From positions 34,607 to 98,606 of the forward strand of contig CACJSU010000005.1 in assembly GCA_902596165.1 (NCBI GenBank): 64,000 nt of DNA. Direction: 5' to 3'. Below the pieces are notes generated by a model. That model saw nothing but the letters and a program-made list of their open reading frames with translations, searched no databases and was not told the origin of the DNA. The position numbers and the translations under genes are program-made. Positions 30,354-41,252 of this stretch are shown here, piece after piece. How positions within the stretch are numbered: the stretch's first letter is position 1; each line of letters opens with the position of its first letter. The DNA is from an uncultured SAR86 cluster bacterium. Lineage in GTDB: Bacteria; Pseudomonadota; Gammaproteobacteria; Magnimaribacterales; D2472.

Positions 30354-31551
30354 TTTAACTGATTTACCAAACTCTGATGGTTTTTTTGGAGAGTATGGAG
30401 GGAAGTTTGTTCCCGAAACACTCATGCATGCTTTAAAAGAGTTAGATGAAACATATGCAAAACTAAAGAATAACCCAAAATTTATTGAAGAAATTGATCA
30501 AGATTTGGTCCAATTTGTTGGAAGACCGTCTCCATTATATTTCGCAAAAAGATTAACAGATCACTATTCTGGTCCTCAAATATGGCTTAAAAGAGAGGAC
30601 CTCAATCACACAGGTGCTCATAAAATTAATAATACTGTTGGACAGATATTGCTTGCTAAGGCAATGGGCAAAAAAAGAATTATTGCTGAAACTGGCGCTG
30701 GACAGCATGGAGTAGCAACTGCAACAGTGGCAGCAAGACTGGGTCTTGAGTGCCATATTTACATGGGTGCAGCAGATGTAAAACGCCAATCTCTTAATGT
30801 TTATAGAATTAAGTTACTTGGAGCGCAAGTTCATGCAGTGGACTCTGGAACAGCAACGCTTAAAGATGCATTAAATGAGGCAATGAGAGATTGGGTAACC
30901 AATATAGAGGATACCTATTATATTATTGGCAGCGTAACAGGCCCTCATCCATATCCAATGATAGTGAGAGATTTTAATGCCATCGTTGGAAGAGAGTTAA
31001 GAAAGCAATCCATGGAGCAATTTGATCAATATCCACATGCAATTGTTGCATGTGTTGGAGGTGGATCAAATGCAATGGGAATTTTTTATCCTTTCCTAGA
31101 AGAATCTAATGTCGCATTAATTGGTGTTGAAGCTGCTGGCAGCGGCTTGATGAGCGGCAAGCATGCGGCTCCTCTTAATGATGGTAAGCCGGGTATTCTG
31201 CATGGAGCTAAGAGCTATCTTATGCAAGACAAAAATGGTCAGGTAGTAGATACACATTCTATTTCAGCTGGCTTGGATTATCCTGGAGTTGGACCAGAGC
31301 ACTCAAATTTAAAAGACTCTGGAAGAGCGCAATATATTGCTGTCGACGATGATGAAGTCTTAAGTTCATTTCATCTGGTAACTAAACTTGAGGGCATTAT
31401 GCCGGCCTTAGAGACAGCTCACGCATTTGCAGCTCTGGAGCACATTGCTAAAAATTATAAATCTAATCAACACATTGTAATTAATGTCTCTGGGAGAGGT
31501 GATAAGGACATTAATACCGTTGCTACTATGGATGGAATATCTCTTGACTAG
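30346..31551 (+). CDS. trpB: Tryptophan synthase beta chain
   Basis: 401 aa. Motifs [16 protein letters not shown] (PLP Lys), GAGQHG and GGGSNAMG. Confidence 0.96.
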   Translation: MDNLTDLPNSDGFFGEYGGKFVPETLMHALKELDETYAKLKNNPKFIEEIDQDLVQFVGRPSPLYFAKRLTDHYSGPQIWLKREDLNHTGAHKINNTVGQILLAKAMGKKRIIAETGAGQHGVATATVAARLGLECHIYMGAADVKRQSLNVYRIKLLGAQVHAVDSGTATLKDALNEAMRDWVTNIEDTYYIIGSVTGPHPYPMIVRDFNAIVGRELRKQSMEQFDQYPHAIVACVGGGSNAMGIFYPFLEESNVALIGVEAAGSGLMSGKHAAPLNDGKPGILHGAKSYLMQDKNGQVVDTHSISAGLDYPGVGPEHSNLKDSGRAQYIAVDDDEVLSSFHLVTKLEGIMPALETAHAFAALEHIAKNYKSNQHIVINVSGRGDKDINTVATMDGISLD

Positions 31552-32329
31552 ATTAGATGACAGAATCCTTTCATTAAATAAGGCCAAAAAAAAAGCACTA
31601 GTTGCATATTTAGTAGCAGGAGATCCAAGCTTAGATTCAACGTTGGAGCTGATGCATGGATTTGTTGATGCTGGAGTAGATTTTCTTGAGGTAGGAGTTC
31701 CATTCACAGATCCTATTGCAGAGGGTCCAATTATTCAGGCGGCTCATGATAGGGCGTTAAAAAATAATACTTCTCTATCTGATATTTTTCAGCTTGTAGA
31801 AAAATTTAGAGAAAAAGACCCTGAAACTCCAATTATTCTTATGGGCTACATGAATACTTTTTTAGCTAATTCACAAGCTTTACAAGAAGCTCATACTTCT
31901 GGTACGGATGCTGTCTTGATTGTAGATATTCCTGGCGAGAGCAATCTTGAGAAGCTTGGTATAAAAAATAAAAATCTTGCCTTCATATCATTAATAGCTC
32001 CAACAACAAGTGAATACAGAATCTCTCAAATATGCAATAGAAGCTCAGGCTTCATATATTATGTCACTCTTCGTGGTGTCACAGGATCATCTCACCTAGA
32101 TATTAGTGAGACAGAAGAAAATATAAATTACATAAAATCGCAAACTTTGCTACCAGTCTTTGCTGGCTTTGGAATTAAAACGCCTGATGATGCTTTTAAT
32201 TTAAGCAAAATATCAGATGGGATTGTTATTGGTTCTAGCCTAGTTGAAATGATACATCAGCAATCTAGCAAAAAAGAATTTAAAAAAATATATAATTATC
32301 TTCATGAAATATCTGAAGCAATAAAATAG
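31532..32329 (+). CDS. trpA: Tryptophan synthase alpha chain
   Basis: Motifs [10 protein letters not shown] and [15 protein letters not shown] prefer ATG 31532 (or TTG 31544) over the track's 31484, which would add about 16 non-homologous residues. Resulting length of about 265 aa fits TrpA. Confidence 0.9.
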   Translation: MEYLLTRLDDRILSLNKAKKKALVAYLVAGDPSLDSTLELMHGFVDAGVDFLEVGVPFTDPIAEGPIIQAAHDRALKNNTSLSDIFQLVEKFREKDPETPIILMGYMNTFLANSQALQEAHTSGTDAVLIVDIPGESNLEKLGIKNKNLAFISLIAPTTSEYRISQICNRSSGFIYYVTLRGVTGSSHLDISETEENINYIKSQTLLPVFAGFGIKTPDDAFNLSKISDGIVIGSSLVEMIHQQSSKKEFKKIYNYLHEISEAIK

Positions 32330-33190
32330 ATGAATTGGCTCACAAGATTAATTCCATCTATTGGTTCAAATCGTGATTCAGAATCATCTAAGAGTAAAGT
32401 GCCTGATGGCCTTTGGAACAATTGTCCTGCATGTGAAGCCATCCTTTATCAACCTGAGTTAGAAAAATCCCTATTTGTTTGCCCTAAGTGTGATCATCAT
32501 CTACGTATTGGTGCTAGAACAAGAATGTCTATTTTCTTTGATGGAGGTAGTTTTCAAGAGCTTGCAACTAAAATTACCACTAAAGATATTCTTAAATTTA
32601 AAGATACAAAGTCATACAGTCAGAGAATTAAAGAGGCTGTGTCTAGCACTGGCGAAGAAGAGGCAATTGTTATCGGCAAAGGTACGTTAGAGGGAGCTGA
32701 AATTGTAGTTGCAGCCTTCGAGTTTCGATATATGGGGGGGTCAATGGGCGGGGCTGTTGGAACCAAATTTGTTCACGGAGTTGATGCTGCAATAGAATGC
32801 AAAACTCCGTTAATATGTTTCTCTACAAGCGGTGGAGCAAGGATGCAAGAATCCATGGTTTCATTGATGCAAATGGCAAAAACTTCTGCAGCATTAGAAA
32901 GACTCAAAGAAGCAAAATTACCATATATTTCGGTAATGATTGATCCTATCTATGGAGGGGTTTCAGCCAGCATAGCTATGCTTGGAGATATAAATATAGC
33001 TGAACCTAAAGCGTTGGTTGGATTTGCAGGTAGAAGGGTTATTGAGCAAACAGTTAGAGTAGATCTTCCAGAGGACTTCCAAAAATCAGAGTTTCTGCTA
33101 GAGCATGGCGCAATTGATATGATAGTTCATAGAAGAGATTTGAGAGCAAAGGTATCTAGTATTTTGTCAAAGTTATATCCCGCACAATGA
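32330..33190 (+). CDS. accD: Acetyl-CoA carboxylase carboxyltransferase beta subunit
   Basis: 286 aa. N-terminal zinc ribbon CPACEAILY..CPKCDHH, MGGSMG, and GGARMQE. Confidence 0.95.
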   Translation: MNWLTRLIPSIGSNRDSESSKSKVPDGLWNNCPACEAILYQPELEKSLFVCPKCDHHLRIGARTRMSIFFDGGSFQELATKITTKDILKFKDTKSYSQRIKEAVSSTGEEEAIVIGKGTLEGAEIVVAAFEFRYMGGSMGGAVGTKFVHGVDAAIECKTPLICFSTSGGARMQESMVSLMQMAKTSAALERLKEAKLPYISVMIDPIYGGVSASIAMLGDINIAEPKALVGFAGRRVIEQTVRVDLPEDFQKSEFLLEHGAIDMIVHRRDLRAKVSSILSKLYPAQ

Positions 33191-33675
33191 ACATTAATCG
33201 TTTGCTTGGAATTTTTATTGCTATCACTGTGCTTGTTTGGATCTTAGTTTTTGCTCTTTCACCGCAGCTTAAGTATCAAAAAAATAGTAATATTAATATC
33301 CCCAAACTTCCAGAACCTTCAATCGATCTAGAGCAGTTGCAAAAAATAGAATTTAATGAGGTCATGAATAACTCCTTAGAGATTGACACAAAAGATACGC
33401 TTCCCTCTGCGAAGGAAAAAGTAAATAAGATTGATTTCAATTTATATGTTTATAAGATTGGTGCTTTTGGATCTTCGGTCACCATTTCTAATGTAGTGAA
33501 ATCCTATAATGATGCAGGTTTTCCAGCCTTTACTGAACAGAATAAATCCAATATAAATCTTACCAATGTTTTGGTGGGACCTTTTGCTAGCCAAAACGAT
33601 ATAAAGGATAACCAAGAAATGCTTAATAAAATTGCTGGCATAGAAGTTGGCGAGGTTATGGCTTGGAATCCATAG
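33187..33675 (+). CDS. SPOR-domain protein (DedD-like position)
   Basis: 162 aa. N-terminal TM, and a C-terminal SPOR-like YVYKIGAFGSSVTISNVVKSYNDAGFPAF..VLVGPFASQNDIKDNQEML. Lies between accD and cvpA, as dedD does in E. coli. Confidence 0.6.
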   Translation: MNINRLLGIFIAITVLVWILVFALSPQLKYQKNSNINIPKLPEPSIDLEQLQKIEFNEVMNNSLEIDTKDTLPSAKEKVNKIDFNLYVYKIGAFGSSVTISNVVKSYNDAGFPAFTEQNKSNINLTNVLVGPFASQNDIKDNQEMLNKIAGIEVGEVMAWNP

Positions 33676-34202
33676 CTATATCTCATTTCGACTATCTTGT
33701 CATTGGGATAATTGCGCTTTCTGGCCTGATTGCATTTTTTCGAGGCTTTGTTCAAGAAACCCTATCTCTCTTATTGTGGGTCATTGCCTTTGCAGCAGCA
33801 ATGTTTTTCTACGTGTATCTAGACCCATATCTTATTGATTACATTGATAATGTTGAAATCAGAAGAATTCTTACAATCATCTCTGCCTTTGTTGGCATCA
33901 TCTTTTTAGGAGGCTTATTAATAAAATTGCTTCGAGGTCTTGTGCATTGGTCAGGTATGGGAGGAGTGGATAGACTTTTAGGAGTATTGTTTGGATTTTT
34001 TAGAGGCATGCTTCTAGTTGTAGTTATTTATCTAGTTTTACCAGCTGAATTCAAGCAATCTAAATTTATCTCAGAGTCTCAAAGCTCAACATATTTAAAA
34101 AAATATGCACCTATGGCGGAAAAATTTTTTAAAAGTATGATCTCAGATAAAAATTCAGTTATGCTTAAGTCTGATATCAGCACAATTTACGAGACAACAT
34201 AA
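33663..34202 (+). CDS. cvpA: Colicin V production protein CvpA
   Basis: 179 aa, 4 TM. DYLVIGIIALSGLIAFFRGFVQETLSLLLW is collinear with E. coli CvpA DYAIIAVIAFSSLVSLIRGFVREALSLVTW. TTG start. Confidence 0.85.
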   Translation: MESIAISHFDYLVIGIIALSGLIAFFRGFVQETLSLLLWVIAFAAAMFFYVYLDPYLIDYIDNVEIRRILTIISAFVGIIFLGGLLIKLLRGLVHWSGMGGVDRLLGVLFGFFRGMLLVVVIYLVLPAEFKQSKFISESQSSTYLKKYAPMAEKFFKSMISDKNSVMLKSDISTIYETT

Positions 34203-35683
34203 TGTGTGGAATAGTTGGCATATATTCTGAAACTCATGTAGCCAGTTCAATCTATGATTCCCTATTAATGCTCCAGCACAGAGGTCAAGACGCTGCTGGC
34301 ATGGTTGTTTGCGATGACGCTGGAAGATTAAATAGTCGCAAGTCAATGGGCTACGTTCGAGATGCATTTCAGCAGAGGCATATGAACAAATTGCTTGGCA
34401 ATTATGGAATTGGCCATGTGCGATATCCAACTGCAGGCGGTGCGGGCAAAGAGTTTGCTCAACCAATGTATGTTAATTCTCCATACGGCATTAGTCTTGC
34501 TCACAACGGGAACCTAACAAACTCTAAAGTTCTTGCGCGCGAATTATTTCATGCTGAAATGCGTCACCTCAATACTGATTCAGATTCAGAAGTTCTCCTT
34601 AATATCTTTGCCCATGAGCTTGGAAAGCAAAGAGCAATTCTTCCTTCTAAAAAGCATTTTTTTAAAGCAGTCAGAAAAACACACATCAGGTGTCAAGGAG
34701 CCTATGCAGTAGTTGCTTTGATTACTGGTTTTGGGTTACTTGCTTTTAGAGATCCGCGTGGCATTCGCCCATTAGTAATTGGTGTTAAAGATGGCCCATC
34801 TAAAAAAGAATATATTGTTGCATCTGAAAATGCTTCATTCTCTGCTTTAGGTTTTAAGACATTAAGAGACGTATATCCTGGAGAGGCTGTGTTTATAGAT
34901 GTTGAAGGAAATTTACATAGCAATCAGTGTTCTGAAAATGCTGAACCAACTCCTTGTATCTTTGAATATGTATATTTAGCTAGACCTGATTCTATTTTAG
35001 ATGAAATTTCTGTGTACAAAGCAAGAATGAGAATGGGGCAGAAGCTGGCAAAAAAAATTCTTAAACTAAACCCAGAGCATGATATAGATGTTGTAATTCC
35101 AATACCTGATAGCTCCACCACAGCTGCGTTACAACTTGCAGCAGCATTAAAGCTTCCCTATAGACAAGGCTTTGTTAAAAATAGGTATGTTGGCAGAACT
35201 TTTATTATGCCAAATCAGGAAGAGAGAAAAAAATCAGTTAGACGCAAGTTAAATATTTTAGACCTTGAATTTAAAGGAAAAAATGTACTCTTAGTTGACG
35301 ATTCCATTGTTAGAGGAACAACTAGCAAAAGAATTATTGAAATGGCTAAAGAAGCTGGTGCAAATAAAGTTTACTTCTCATCTGCAGCCCCGCCTGTAAA
35401 GTTTCAAAATCTTTATGGAATCGATATGGCAGCAACAAATGAGTTAGTTGCTTCTGGAAGGACTGATGAAGAGGTTGCAAAAGAAATCGGTGCTGATTGG
35501 CTTATTTATCAAGATCTAGATGACTTAATTGCGTCTGCCCAAGAGGGTAATCCTGCCATTAAAAAATTTGAAATGTCTATTTTCAATGGTGAATACCCAA
35601 CATCAATTAGTTCGGATTACCTTGAAGATCTTGAGTTATCTCGAGGGGATGACCAAAAAGTTGCTAGAGAAAAGTCTAATTAG
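34202..35683 (+). CDS. purF: Amidophosphoribosyltransferase
   Basis: 493 aa. N-terminal nucleophile [16 protein letters not shown], and PRT motif [13 protein letters not shown]. Confidence 0.96.
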   Translation: MCGIVGIYSETHVASSIYDSLLMLQHRGQDAAGMVVCDDAGRLNSRKSMGYVRDAFQQRHMNKLLGNYGIGHVRYPTAGGAGKEFAQPMYVNSPYGISLAHNGNLTNSKVLARELFHAEMRHLNTDSDSEVLLNIFAHELGKQRAILPSKKHFFKAVRKTHIRCQGAYAVVALITGFGLLAFRDPRGIRPLVIGVKDGPSKKEYIVASENASFSALGFKTLRDVYPGEAVFIDVEGNLHSNQCSENAEPTPCIFEYVYLARPDSILDEISVYKARMRMGQKLAKKILKLNPEHDIDVVIPIPDSSTTAALQLAAALKLPYRQGFVKNRYVGRTFIMPNQEERKKSVRRKLNILDLEFKGKNVLLVDDSIVRGTTSKRIIEMAKEAGANKVYFSSAAPPVKFQNLYGIDMAATNELVASGRTDEEVAKEIGADWLIYQDLDDLIASAQEGNPAIKKFEMSIFNGEYPTSISSDYLEDLELSRGDDQKVAREKSN

Positions 35684-38259
35684 GCATTTACGATATTTAC
35701 AGCAGGAATATCAGCTGTATTTGCGCTTTCAACATATTGATCTATTTCATTAAAATTTAAATATCTATATATATCATCAGCCAGCGGGTTAATCTCTTCC
35801 ATGTATTTTAAATATTCTTCTGGTGAAGGAAGCTTGCCAAGCACAGAGGCAATTGCAGCAAGTTCTGCTGAAGCTAGAAATACATCAGCTCCATCACCCA
35901 GTCTATTAGGAAAATTTCTTGTAGAAGTTGAGACAACTGTGGAATTTGCCAGAACTCTAGCTTGATTACCCATACAAAGAGAGCAACCGGGTAATTCTGT
36001 TCTTGCACCAGATGTTCCGAAGACATTGTAAATACCTTCTTCCATTAATTGTTTCTCATCCATCTTGGTAGGTGGAACTACCCATAATCTTGCTTTTGTT
36101 CCATTATATTTTTTAAGCAGATGACCTGCAGCTCTAAAGTGACCAATATTTGTCATACATGATCCAATAAAGACTTCATCAATGCTTGTCTCTGCGACCT
36201 CTGATAAGGGTTTAATGTCATCTGGATCATTTGGACATGCTAGAAGAGGCTCTGTAATTTTGTTAAGGTCAATTTCAATCACTTCTGCATATTCGGCATT
36301 TTCATCTGGTTCTAGTAATTCGGGGTTTGCAATCCATTCTTCCATTGCTTGAGCTCTTCTCTCCAAAGTTTTAGCATCGCCATAACCACTGCCAATCATC
36401 CACCTAAGCATCACAATATTAGATTTTAAGTACTCTATAATTGGCTCTTTGTTTAATCGAACTGTGCAACCTGATGCAGATCTTTCAGCAGATGCATCGG
36501 ATAATTCAAATGCTTGTTCCACTTTTAAGTCTGGCAAACCTTCTATTTCAAGACAGCGGCCGGAAAATATATTCTTCTTACCTTCTTTTGCAACAGTCAA
36601 GAGACCTTTTTGGATTGCAGCATATGGAATAGCATTAACCAAGTCCCTTAGAGTAATGCCAGGCTGCATTTCTCCCTTGAATCTTACAAGAACTGATTCA
36701 GGCATATCCAGCGGCATAACACCAAGGGCGGCAGCAAAAGCTACCAATCCTGATCCAGCTGGAAAACTTATGCCTAATGGAAATCTTGTATGACTATCTC
36801 CGCCAGTTCCTACCCCATCTGGGAGCAACATTCTATTTAACCAAGAATGAATAATGCCATCACCTGGTTTTAAAGATACACCACCTCGATTCATAATAAA
36901 GTCAGGTAATGTATGCTGTGTATCTATGTCTACTGGTTTGGGATATGCAGCTGTGTGACAAAAGGATTGCATTACTAAGTCTGCTGAAAACCCTAAACAA
37001 GCTAATTCTTTTAACTCATCTCTGGTCATTGGCCCGGTTGTATCTTGCGATCCTACTGTCATCATTCTTGGTTCACAATATGTTCCAGGCCTCACTCCTT
37101 TTACTCCACATGCTTTACCAACCATTTTTTGAGCCAGCGTAAAGCCTTTATCTGAAGCATCTTCAGCATCCGGCCTTGTGAATATATCAGTTGGCTCTAA
37201 GCCTAGAGCTTCTCTGGTTTTATCTGTTAATTGCCTTCCAATAATTAATGGAATACGACCATTTGCTCGAACCTCGTCGAGAATTACAGGTGTTTTGAGT
37301 TCGAATGTAGATAAAATTTCTCCGCTATCTGCATCTAAGATTTTTCCATTAAATGGTTCAAATATGATTTCTTGCCCCATATTTAATTTAGAGACATCAC
37401 ACTCAACTGGAAATGCTCCAGAATCCTCTAGAGTATTAAAAAAAATAGGCGCAATCTTCCCTCCAAAACAAAAGCCGCCTTCTTTTTTATTGGGAATGCA
37501 TGGGATTTCATCGCCCATGTGCCAAAGTACAGAGTTAGTTGCTGACTTTCGTGATGAACCAGTTCCCACTACATCTCCAACAAAAACCAAAGGATTTCCT
37601 TTTTTCTTTAAATCTGTAATTGTTTCAAGAGGTCTCTCTAGACCTTCTCTAGGCATTTTAAACATTGCTAATGCGTGCAACGGAATATCTGGTCTAGACC
37701 AGGCATCTGTTGCTGGAGACAAGTCGTCTGTATTAATTTCACCTGGTACCTTATAAACAGTTAGTTTGATCTGCTCTGCGATTTCTTGTTTTTCCGTAAA
37801 CCATAAACCATCAGCCCATGCATCAATAACAGTTTTTGCATTTTTATTTGTTTCTGAAAGGGCCAGCACTTCATTAAATGCATCAAATATTAATAAAGTC
37901 TTACTTAAAGCAGTGGCTGCTTCTTCACCTAATTCATCACTTTCTAAACACCGTATTAAAGGCTGAATGTTATAGCCACCAAGCATTGTTCCCAAAATCA
38001 TTACAGCTTCTTTTTTAGAGATGTAAGGGCTGCTTGTTTCGCCTGTTGTAATGTCCGCTAAGAATCCAGCTTTTACATAGGCTGCTTGATCTACACCTGC
38101 AGGCACTCTTTCTCTTAAAAGTTCCAACAATAATTCTGATTCTTTATGTTCTGCTTTTAGCAGTTCAACTAGATCGGATGTTTGTTGGGCAGAAAGTGGC
38201 AGAGGTGGTATTGATTGTTTTCCCCTTTCTTCACAATGTTTTTTATAATCTTGAAGCAT
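35680..38259 (-). CDS. acnB: Aconitate hydratase B / 2-methylisocitrate dehydratase
   Basis: 859 aa with the AcnB-specific N-terminal HEAT-like region ([22 protein letters not shown]). Fe-S Cys motifs GSCMTN and [11 protein letters not shown]. An AGGGAG SD lies upstream. Confidence 0.96.
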   Translation of the reverse strand: MLQDYKKHCEERGKQSIPPLPLSAQQTSDLVELLKAEHKESELLLELLRERVPAGVDQAAYVKAGFLADITTGETSSPYISKKEAVMILGTMLGGYNIQPLIRCLESDELGEEAATALSKTLLIFDAFNEVLALSETNKNAKTVIDAWADGLWFTEKQEIAEQIKLTVYKVPGEINTDDLSPATDAWSRPDIPLHALAMFKMPREGLERPLETITDLKKKGNPLVFVGDVVGTGSSRKSATNSVLWHMGDEIPCIPNKKEGGFCFGGKIAPIFFNTLEDSGAFPVECDVSKLNMGQEIIFEPFNGKILDADSGEILSTFELKTPVILDEVRANGRIPLIIGRQLTDKTREALGLEPTDIFTRPDAEDASDKGFTLAQKMVGKACGVKGVRPGTYCEPRMMTVGSQDTTGPMTRDELKELACLGFSADLVMQSFCHTAAYPKPVDIDTQHTLPDFIMNRGGVSLKPGDGIIHSWLNRMLLPDGVGTGGDSHTRFPLGISFPAGSGLVAFAAALGVMPLDMPESVLVRFKGEMQPGITLRDLVNAIPYAAIQKGLLTVAKEGKKNIFSGRCLEIEGLPDLKVEQAFELSDASAERSASGCTVRLNKEPIIEYLKSNIVMLRWMIGSGYGDAKTLERRAQAMEEWIANPELLEPDENAEYAEVIEIDLNKITEPLLACPNDPDDIKPLSEVAETSIDEVFIGSCMTNIGHFRAAGHLLKKYNGTKARLWVVPPTKMDEKQLMEEGIYNVFGTSGARTELPGCSLCMGNQARVLANSTVVSTSTRNFPNRLGDGADVFLASAELAAIASVLGKLPSPEEYLKYMEEINPLADDIYRYLNFNEIDQYVESANTADIPAVNIVNA

Positions 38260-38363
38260 AATTTTCTCCCTGGGTCGTCATTTTACTGCGGTATCTTCAA
38301 ATCCCCAAGCCCATTCTTTGTTTCTTTGTATTTCCTAGTATTAAATAATGTATTATCCAGTTT

Positions 38364-38798
38364 ATGAAGAAAAACAAAGCCTCTACACCATGTCTTGGAA
38401 TATGCTCCACAACTTATGGTGATAATGTATGCAAGGGCTGCAAGCGCTTTGTTCATGAGGTTATTAATTGGAACAAGTATGCTGTCCCAGAAAAGGAATT
38501 AGTTAATTCTCGGCTTGAAAGTTTTAAGTTAACTGTTTTAAAGGATAGATTCTCTGTTTCAGATGCTGAGCTTTTAGCATCTCGACTAAATGATCAAGGA
38601 ATAAACTTTAATGATTCCTTAGATCCAATGACTTGGATCTTCGATCTTCTCCGAGCCGCTGGCTCACAAGAATTAGACTTGCGTCAATTTGGAATTATTT
38701 GTCATGTAAATATTAATCTTGCTGAGCTTAAAGAGCAGATTTACTCAGAATTTTTAGAGCTTTCTGAAGCTCACTATGACAGATATTTTTCTACTTAG
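38364..38798 (+). CDS. DUF1289 (YdhL-like Cys-rich) domain protein with C-terminal extension
   Basis: 144 aa. TPCLGICSTTYGDNVCKGCKRFVHEVINWN matches the E. coli YdhL pattern SPCRGICQSD..CRGCFRSRDERFNWN. The remaining ~100 aa are unassigned. Confidence 0.6.
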   Translation: MKKNKASTPCLGICSTTYGDNVCKGCKRFVHEVINWNKYAVPEKELVNSRLESFKLTVLKDRFSVSDAELLASRLNDQGINFNDSLDPMTWIFDLLRAAGSQELDLRQFGIICHVNINLAELKEQIYSEFLELSEAHYDRYFST

Positions 38799-40059
38799 TT
38801 GTTGGTAATTCCCACCAGTTCGTTGTGTATTTAGGCGATACCATTTTTTTTTGTATGGGTGATAGCCCTCCAGAACATTGCGATGCGTAGTAAATTTGCG
38901 TGTGAATGCTGTTGAGCTCATCTATAGTTTGCATTAAATTTTCATCTTGTTTTAAATGTAGCTGATCTGTTGTCTTGAAAAGAGATTTTTGAATAAAGGC
39001 TGGATGTGAAAATTGACTTAGCAATATCCCTGCTTTTGCGTACGGATAACCGTGTTTAAAGATAGTATTTAATACTTTGTTTGCACCCATTAGAATGCTT
39101 CTTGTGTCATCTATTGGACAAGGGAGTTGAAAGCTATCAAATCCACGATATTGTAGTTGTTTATTAAACCTGCTGGTAGAAATAAATACTGAGACTTGAG
39201 AGCATTTTTGTTTTTCATGCCTAAGTTTTTCTCCTGCGCGAACAGCAAAATTACTAATGAGTGATTTAAGTTCGCTCAAGCTTTCAATTCTGTCTCTAAA
39301 GCTTCGACTTACAACAATTTGTTTCTTTGGCTCAGAATGATCATCTATTTGGATGCATGGTTCTCCTCTTAACTCTCGAACCGTGCGCTCCAACACAACA
39401 CTAAATTTTTTTCTGATAAACCTAATATCCATTTGTGCTAATTCATAGGCTGAATATATGCCTAATTGATTAAGTTGTCTGGAGAGGTTGTGACCAACTC
39501 CCCAAATTTCTCTAATAGGTAATGTTTGAAGAATATGAAAGATATCCTTTTGTTTTGTTAGACAGTAGACCCCTGTGCCATCATTTGTATTTTTTGCAAT
39601 ATGACTTGCAACCTTGGTGAGAGTTTTAGTTGGCGCAATTCCAATGCGTACCGGTATGCCAATCCATTGCCGTATAGTATTGCGACAATAAACGCCAAAC
39701 TCATATGCTTGATTTTTGTTTTGTATATGTTGCAAGTCTAAAAATGCTTCATCAATACTATAAATCTCAATTCTTTTTACCATTCCATCGAGAATATTCA
39801 TGACTCTTTTAGATAAATCCCCATATAGGGCAAAGTTAGATGAAAATACTTTACCTCCTTGAGCTAAATATGCTTCTTTCACTTGAAACCAAGGAACGCC
39901 CATTTTTATACCCATGGCTTTGGCTTCTTTGCTTCTGGCAATCACGCATCCGTCATTATTGGACAGCACAACAATAGGTGTTTTTTTTAAATCTGGTCGA
40001 AACACTCTTTCGCATGAGGCATAGAAGTTATCACAATCAACTAATGCCAAAAGCTTCAT
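38791..40059 (-). CDS. umuC: DNA polymerase V catalytic subunit UmuC (Y-family)
   Basis: 422 aa. Motifs LVDCDNFYASCERVFRP, SIDEAFLD, and IWGVGHNLSRQLNQLGI. Overlaps the umuD stop by 4 nt. Confidence 0.92.
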   Translation of the reverse strand: MKLLALVDCDNFYASCERVFRPDLKKTPIVVLSNNDGCVIARSKEAKAMGIKMGVPWFQVKEAYLAQGGKVFSSNFALYGDLSKRVMNILDGMVKRIEIYSIDEAFLDLQHIQNKNQAYEFGVYCRNTIRQWIGIPVRIGIAPTKTLTKVASHIAKNTNDGTGVYCLTKQKDIFHILQTLPIREIWGVGHNLSRQLNQLGIYSAYELAQMDIRFIRKKFSVVLERTVRELRGEPCIQIDDHSEPKKQIVVSRSFRDRIESLSELKSLISNFAVRAGEKLRHEKQKCSQVSVFISTSRFNKQLQYRGFDSFQLPCPIDDTRSILMGANKVLNTIFKHGYPYAKAGILLSQFSHPAFIQKSLFKTTDQLHLKQDENLMQTIDELNSIHTQIYYASQCSGGLSPIQKKMVSPKYTTNWWELPTTK

Positions 40060-40487
40060 TCAAACTTATTAATAGCTGCAGTTACTGTTCCCATAATATC
40101 GAGATCTTGACCATGCTGAATGTAGATGGGTTTATATTTCAGATTTTCTGGCAGTAAGCACAGTCGCGGTTTTAGCTGCAATCGTTTACATACAAAATCA
40201 CCATCCAAAGAAGCAACTACAATACTTCCATGCTTTGGTTTAAGGCTTCGATCAACTATTAAAATGGCTTGATCTGCAATATTTGCATCTAGCATCGAAT
40301 CTCCAGATACTCTTACCAAGAAAGTAGCTGCACCATTTTTAATAAGGTACTGATTTAGATCAATAGGGCTCTCTAAGTAATCATTGGCCGGGCTTGGAAA
40401 GCCAACGGATACTGGCTCTACAAAAAATTTTGTAAAAGTAGCAGGCAGATCATTTGCCGATATTGAACCGAGATAATTAATAGTCAT
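40056..40487 (-). CDS. umuD: DNA polymerase V subunit UmuD (S24 peptidase)
   Basis: 143 aa. VGFPSPANDY..IDLNQYLI..ATFLVRVSGDSM..FVCKRLQL is collinear with E. coli UmuD. An SOS box lies upstream. Confidence 0.92.
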   Translation of the reverse strand: MTINYLGSISANDLPATFTKFFVEPVSVGFPSPANDYLESPIDLNQYLIKNGAATFLVRVSGDSMLDANIADQAILIVDRSLKPKHGSIVVASLDGDFVCKRLQLKPRLCLLPENLKYKPIYIQHGQDLDIMGTVTAAINKFE

Positions 40488-40498
40488 GGAATTTAAAA

Positions 40499-40518
40499 TA
40501 CTGTATATTTATACAGTA
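40499..40518. promoter_or_regulatory. LexA-binding SOS box (TACTGTATATTTATACAGTA)
   Basis: CTGT-N8-ACAG palindrome, 19/20 match to the E. coli consensus, 11 nt upstream of the umuD ATG. Confidence 0.9.
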
Positions 40519-40536
40519 TTATTTGCTAACAAACAA
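40508..40536 (-). promoter_or_regulatory. Candidate sigma70 promoter of umuDC (TTGTTT-17-TATAAA)
   Basis: The minus strand reads TTGTTT gttagcaaataatactg TATAAA. The -10 lies inside the SOS box. Confidence 0.4.
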
Positions 40537-40541
40537 TAGTT

Positions 40542-41252
40542 TTAAAGGGTAAATTCTCTTAATTCTTGTTGCTGCTCATCAAGCATTAGGCACCAACCAG
40601 TTTTATGCCAGTCGCCTAATACAATTCGAGTACCGGTATTGGTTTGATGAGTATTTGGTCGATGGGTATGACCGTGGATTAGTAAATCTATATGATGTTC
40701 ATCAAAAAATTCTTCAATGGCAGCAGGAGTGACATCCATGATAGCAAGATCTTTCTTTCTATTATTCTTTTGGCTAGCATCACGCATGTTTGACGCAATA
40801 TTGAGACGATCAATTAAGGGTTTTTGCAAAAATTCCCGTTGCCATTTTTGTGACCTAACTTCTTTTTTAAATTTAATGTATTCAAGATCTTCGGTGCAAA
40901 AGCTATCCCCATGTGAGAGAGCAATTTTTAGATCAAAGAAGTTTAAAAAGAATGGATCTGGAAGAAGAGTGAGGTTGGATTGCTCTGCAAATTTTTGACC
41001 ACATAAAAAATCTCTATTGCCGTGAATAAAAGATATCTCCAAACCATTGCAAGTGGCATGATTTAATTTTTGCATCACACTAGTGGCAAGCTTGGAGTCA
41101 TCATCATCTCCAACCCATGCCTCAAACAGATCGCCTAATATGTATAGATGAGAAAGTTCTTGTGCAGCGGTTTTTAAAAATTTAAAAAAGCCTTCTGTTA
41201 CAGAAGGCGTACTTTCAGATAAGTGAAGATCAGATATAAATCCTAACTTCAT
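40542..41252 (-). CDS. lpxH: UDP-2,3-diacylglucosamine diphosphatase
   Basis: 236 aa. Metallophosphoesterase motifs ISDLHL, LGDLFE, GNRDF and GHTH. Conserved lpxH-ppiB/cysS neighbourhood. Confidence 0.9.
   Translation of the reverse strand: MKLGFISDLHLSESTPSVTEGFFKFLKTAAQELSHLYILGDLFEAWVGDDDDSKLATSVMQKLNHATCNGLEISFIHGNRDFLCGQKFAEQSNLTLLPDPFFLNFFDLKIALSHGDSFCTEDLEYIKFKKEVRSQKWQREFLQKPLIDRLNIASNMRDASQKNNRKKDLAIMDVTPAAIEEFFDEHHIDLLIHGHTHRPNTHQTNTGTRIVLGDWHKTGWCLMLDEQQQELREFTL

Noticed and set aside
31484-31531. Upstream extension of trpA (track start 31484).
   Set aside because: The extra residues overlap trpB by 68 nt and have no counterpart in TrpA. ATG 31532 or TTG 31544 gives the expected length of about 265 aa.
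37178-37756. Long antisense ORFs inside real genes: 192 aa (37178-37756) and 114 aa (36449-36793) opposite acnB, 167 aa (61251-61754) opposite the AGCS transporter, 142 aa (21870-22298) opposite the SDR, 126 aa (5177-5557) opposite the ADH, 105 aa (3786-4103) opposite an ACAD, and 104 aa (18027-18341) opposite prpC/prpD.
   Set aside because: I checked the phase of each. All lie in the same relative frame, with the antisense codon spanning sense positions 3-1-2. In that frame a stop can only arise from a sense Y|TA or T|CA junction, so long open frames are an expected by-product of coding sequence. Their translations are low-complexity with no recognisable motifs, and each sense gene is a strongly supported conserved protein.
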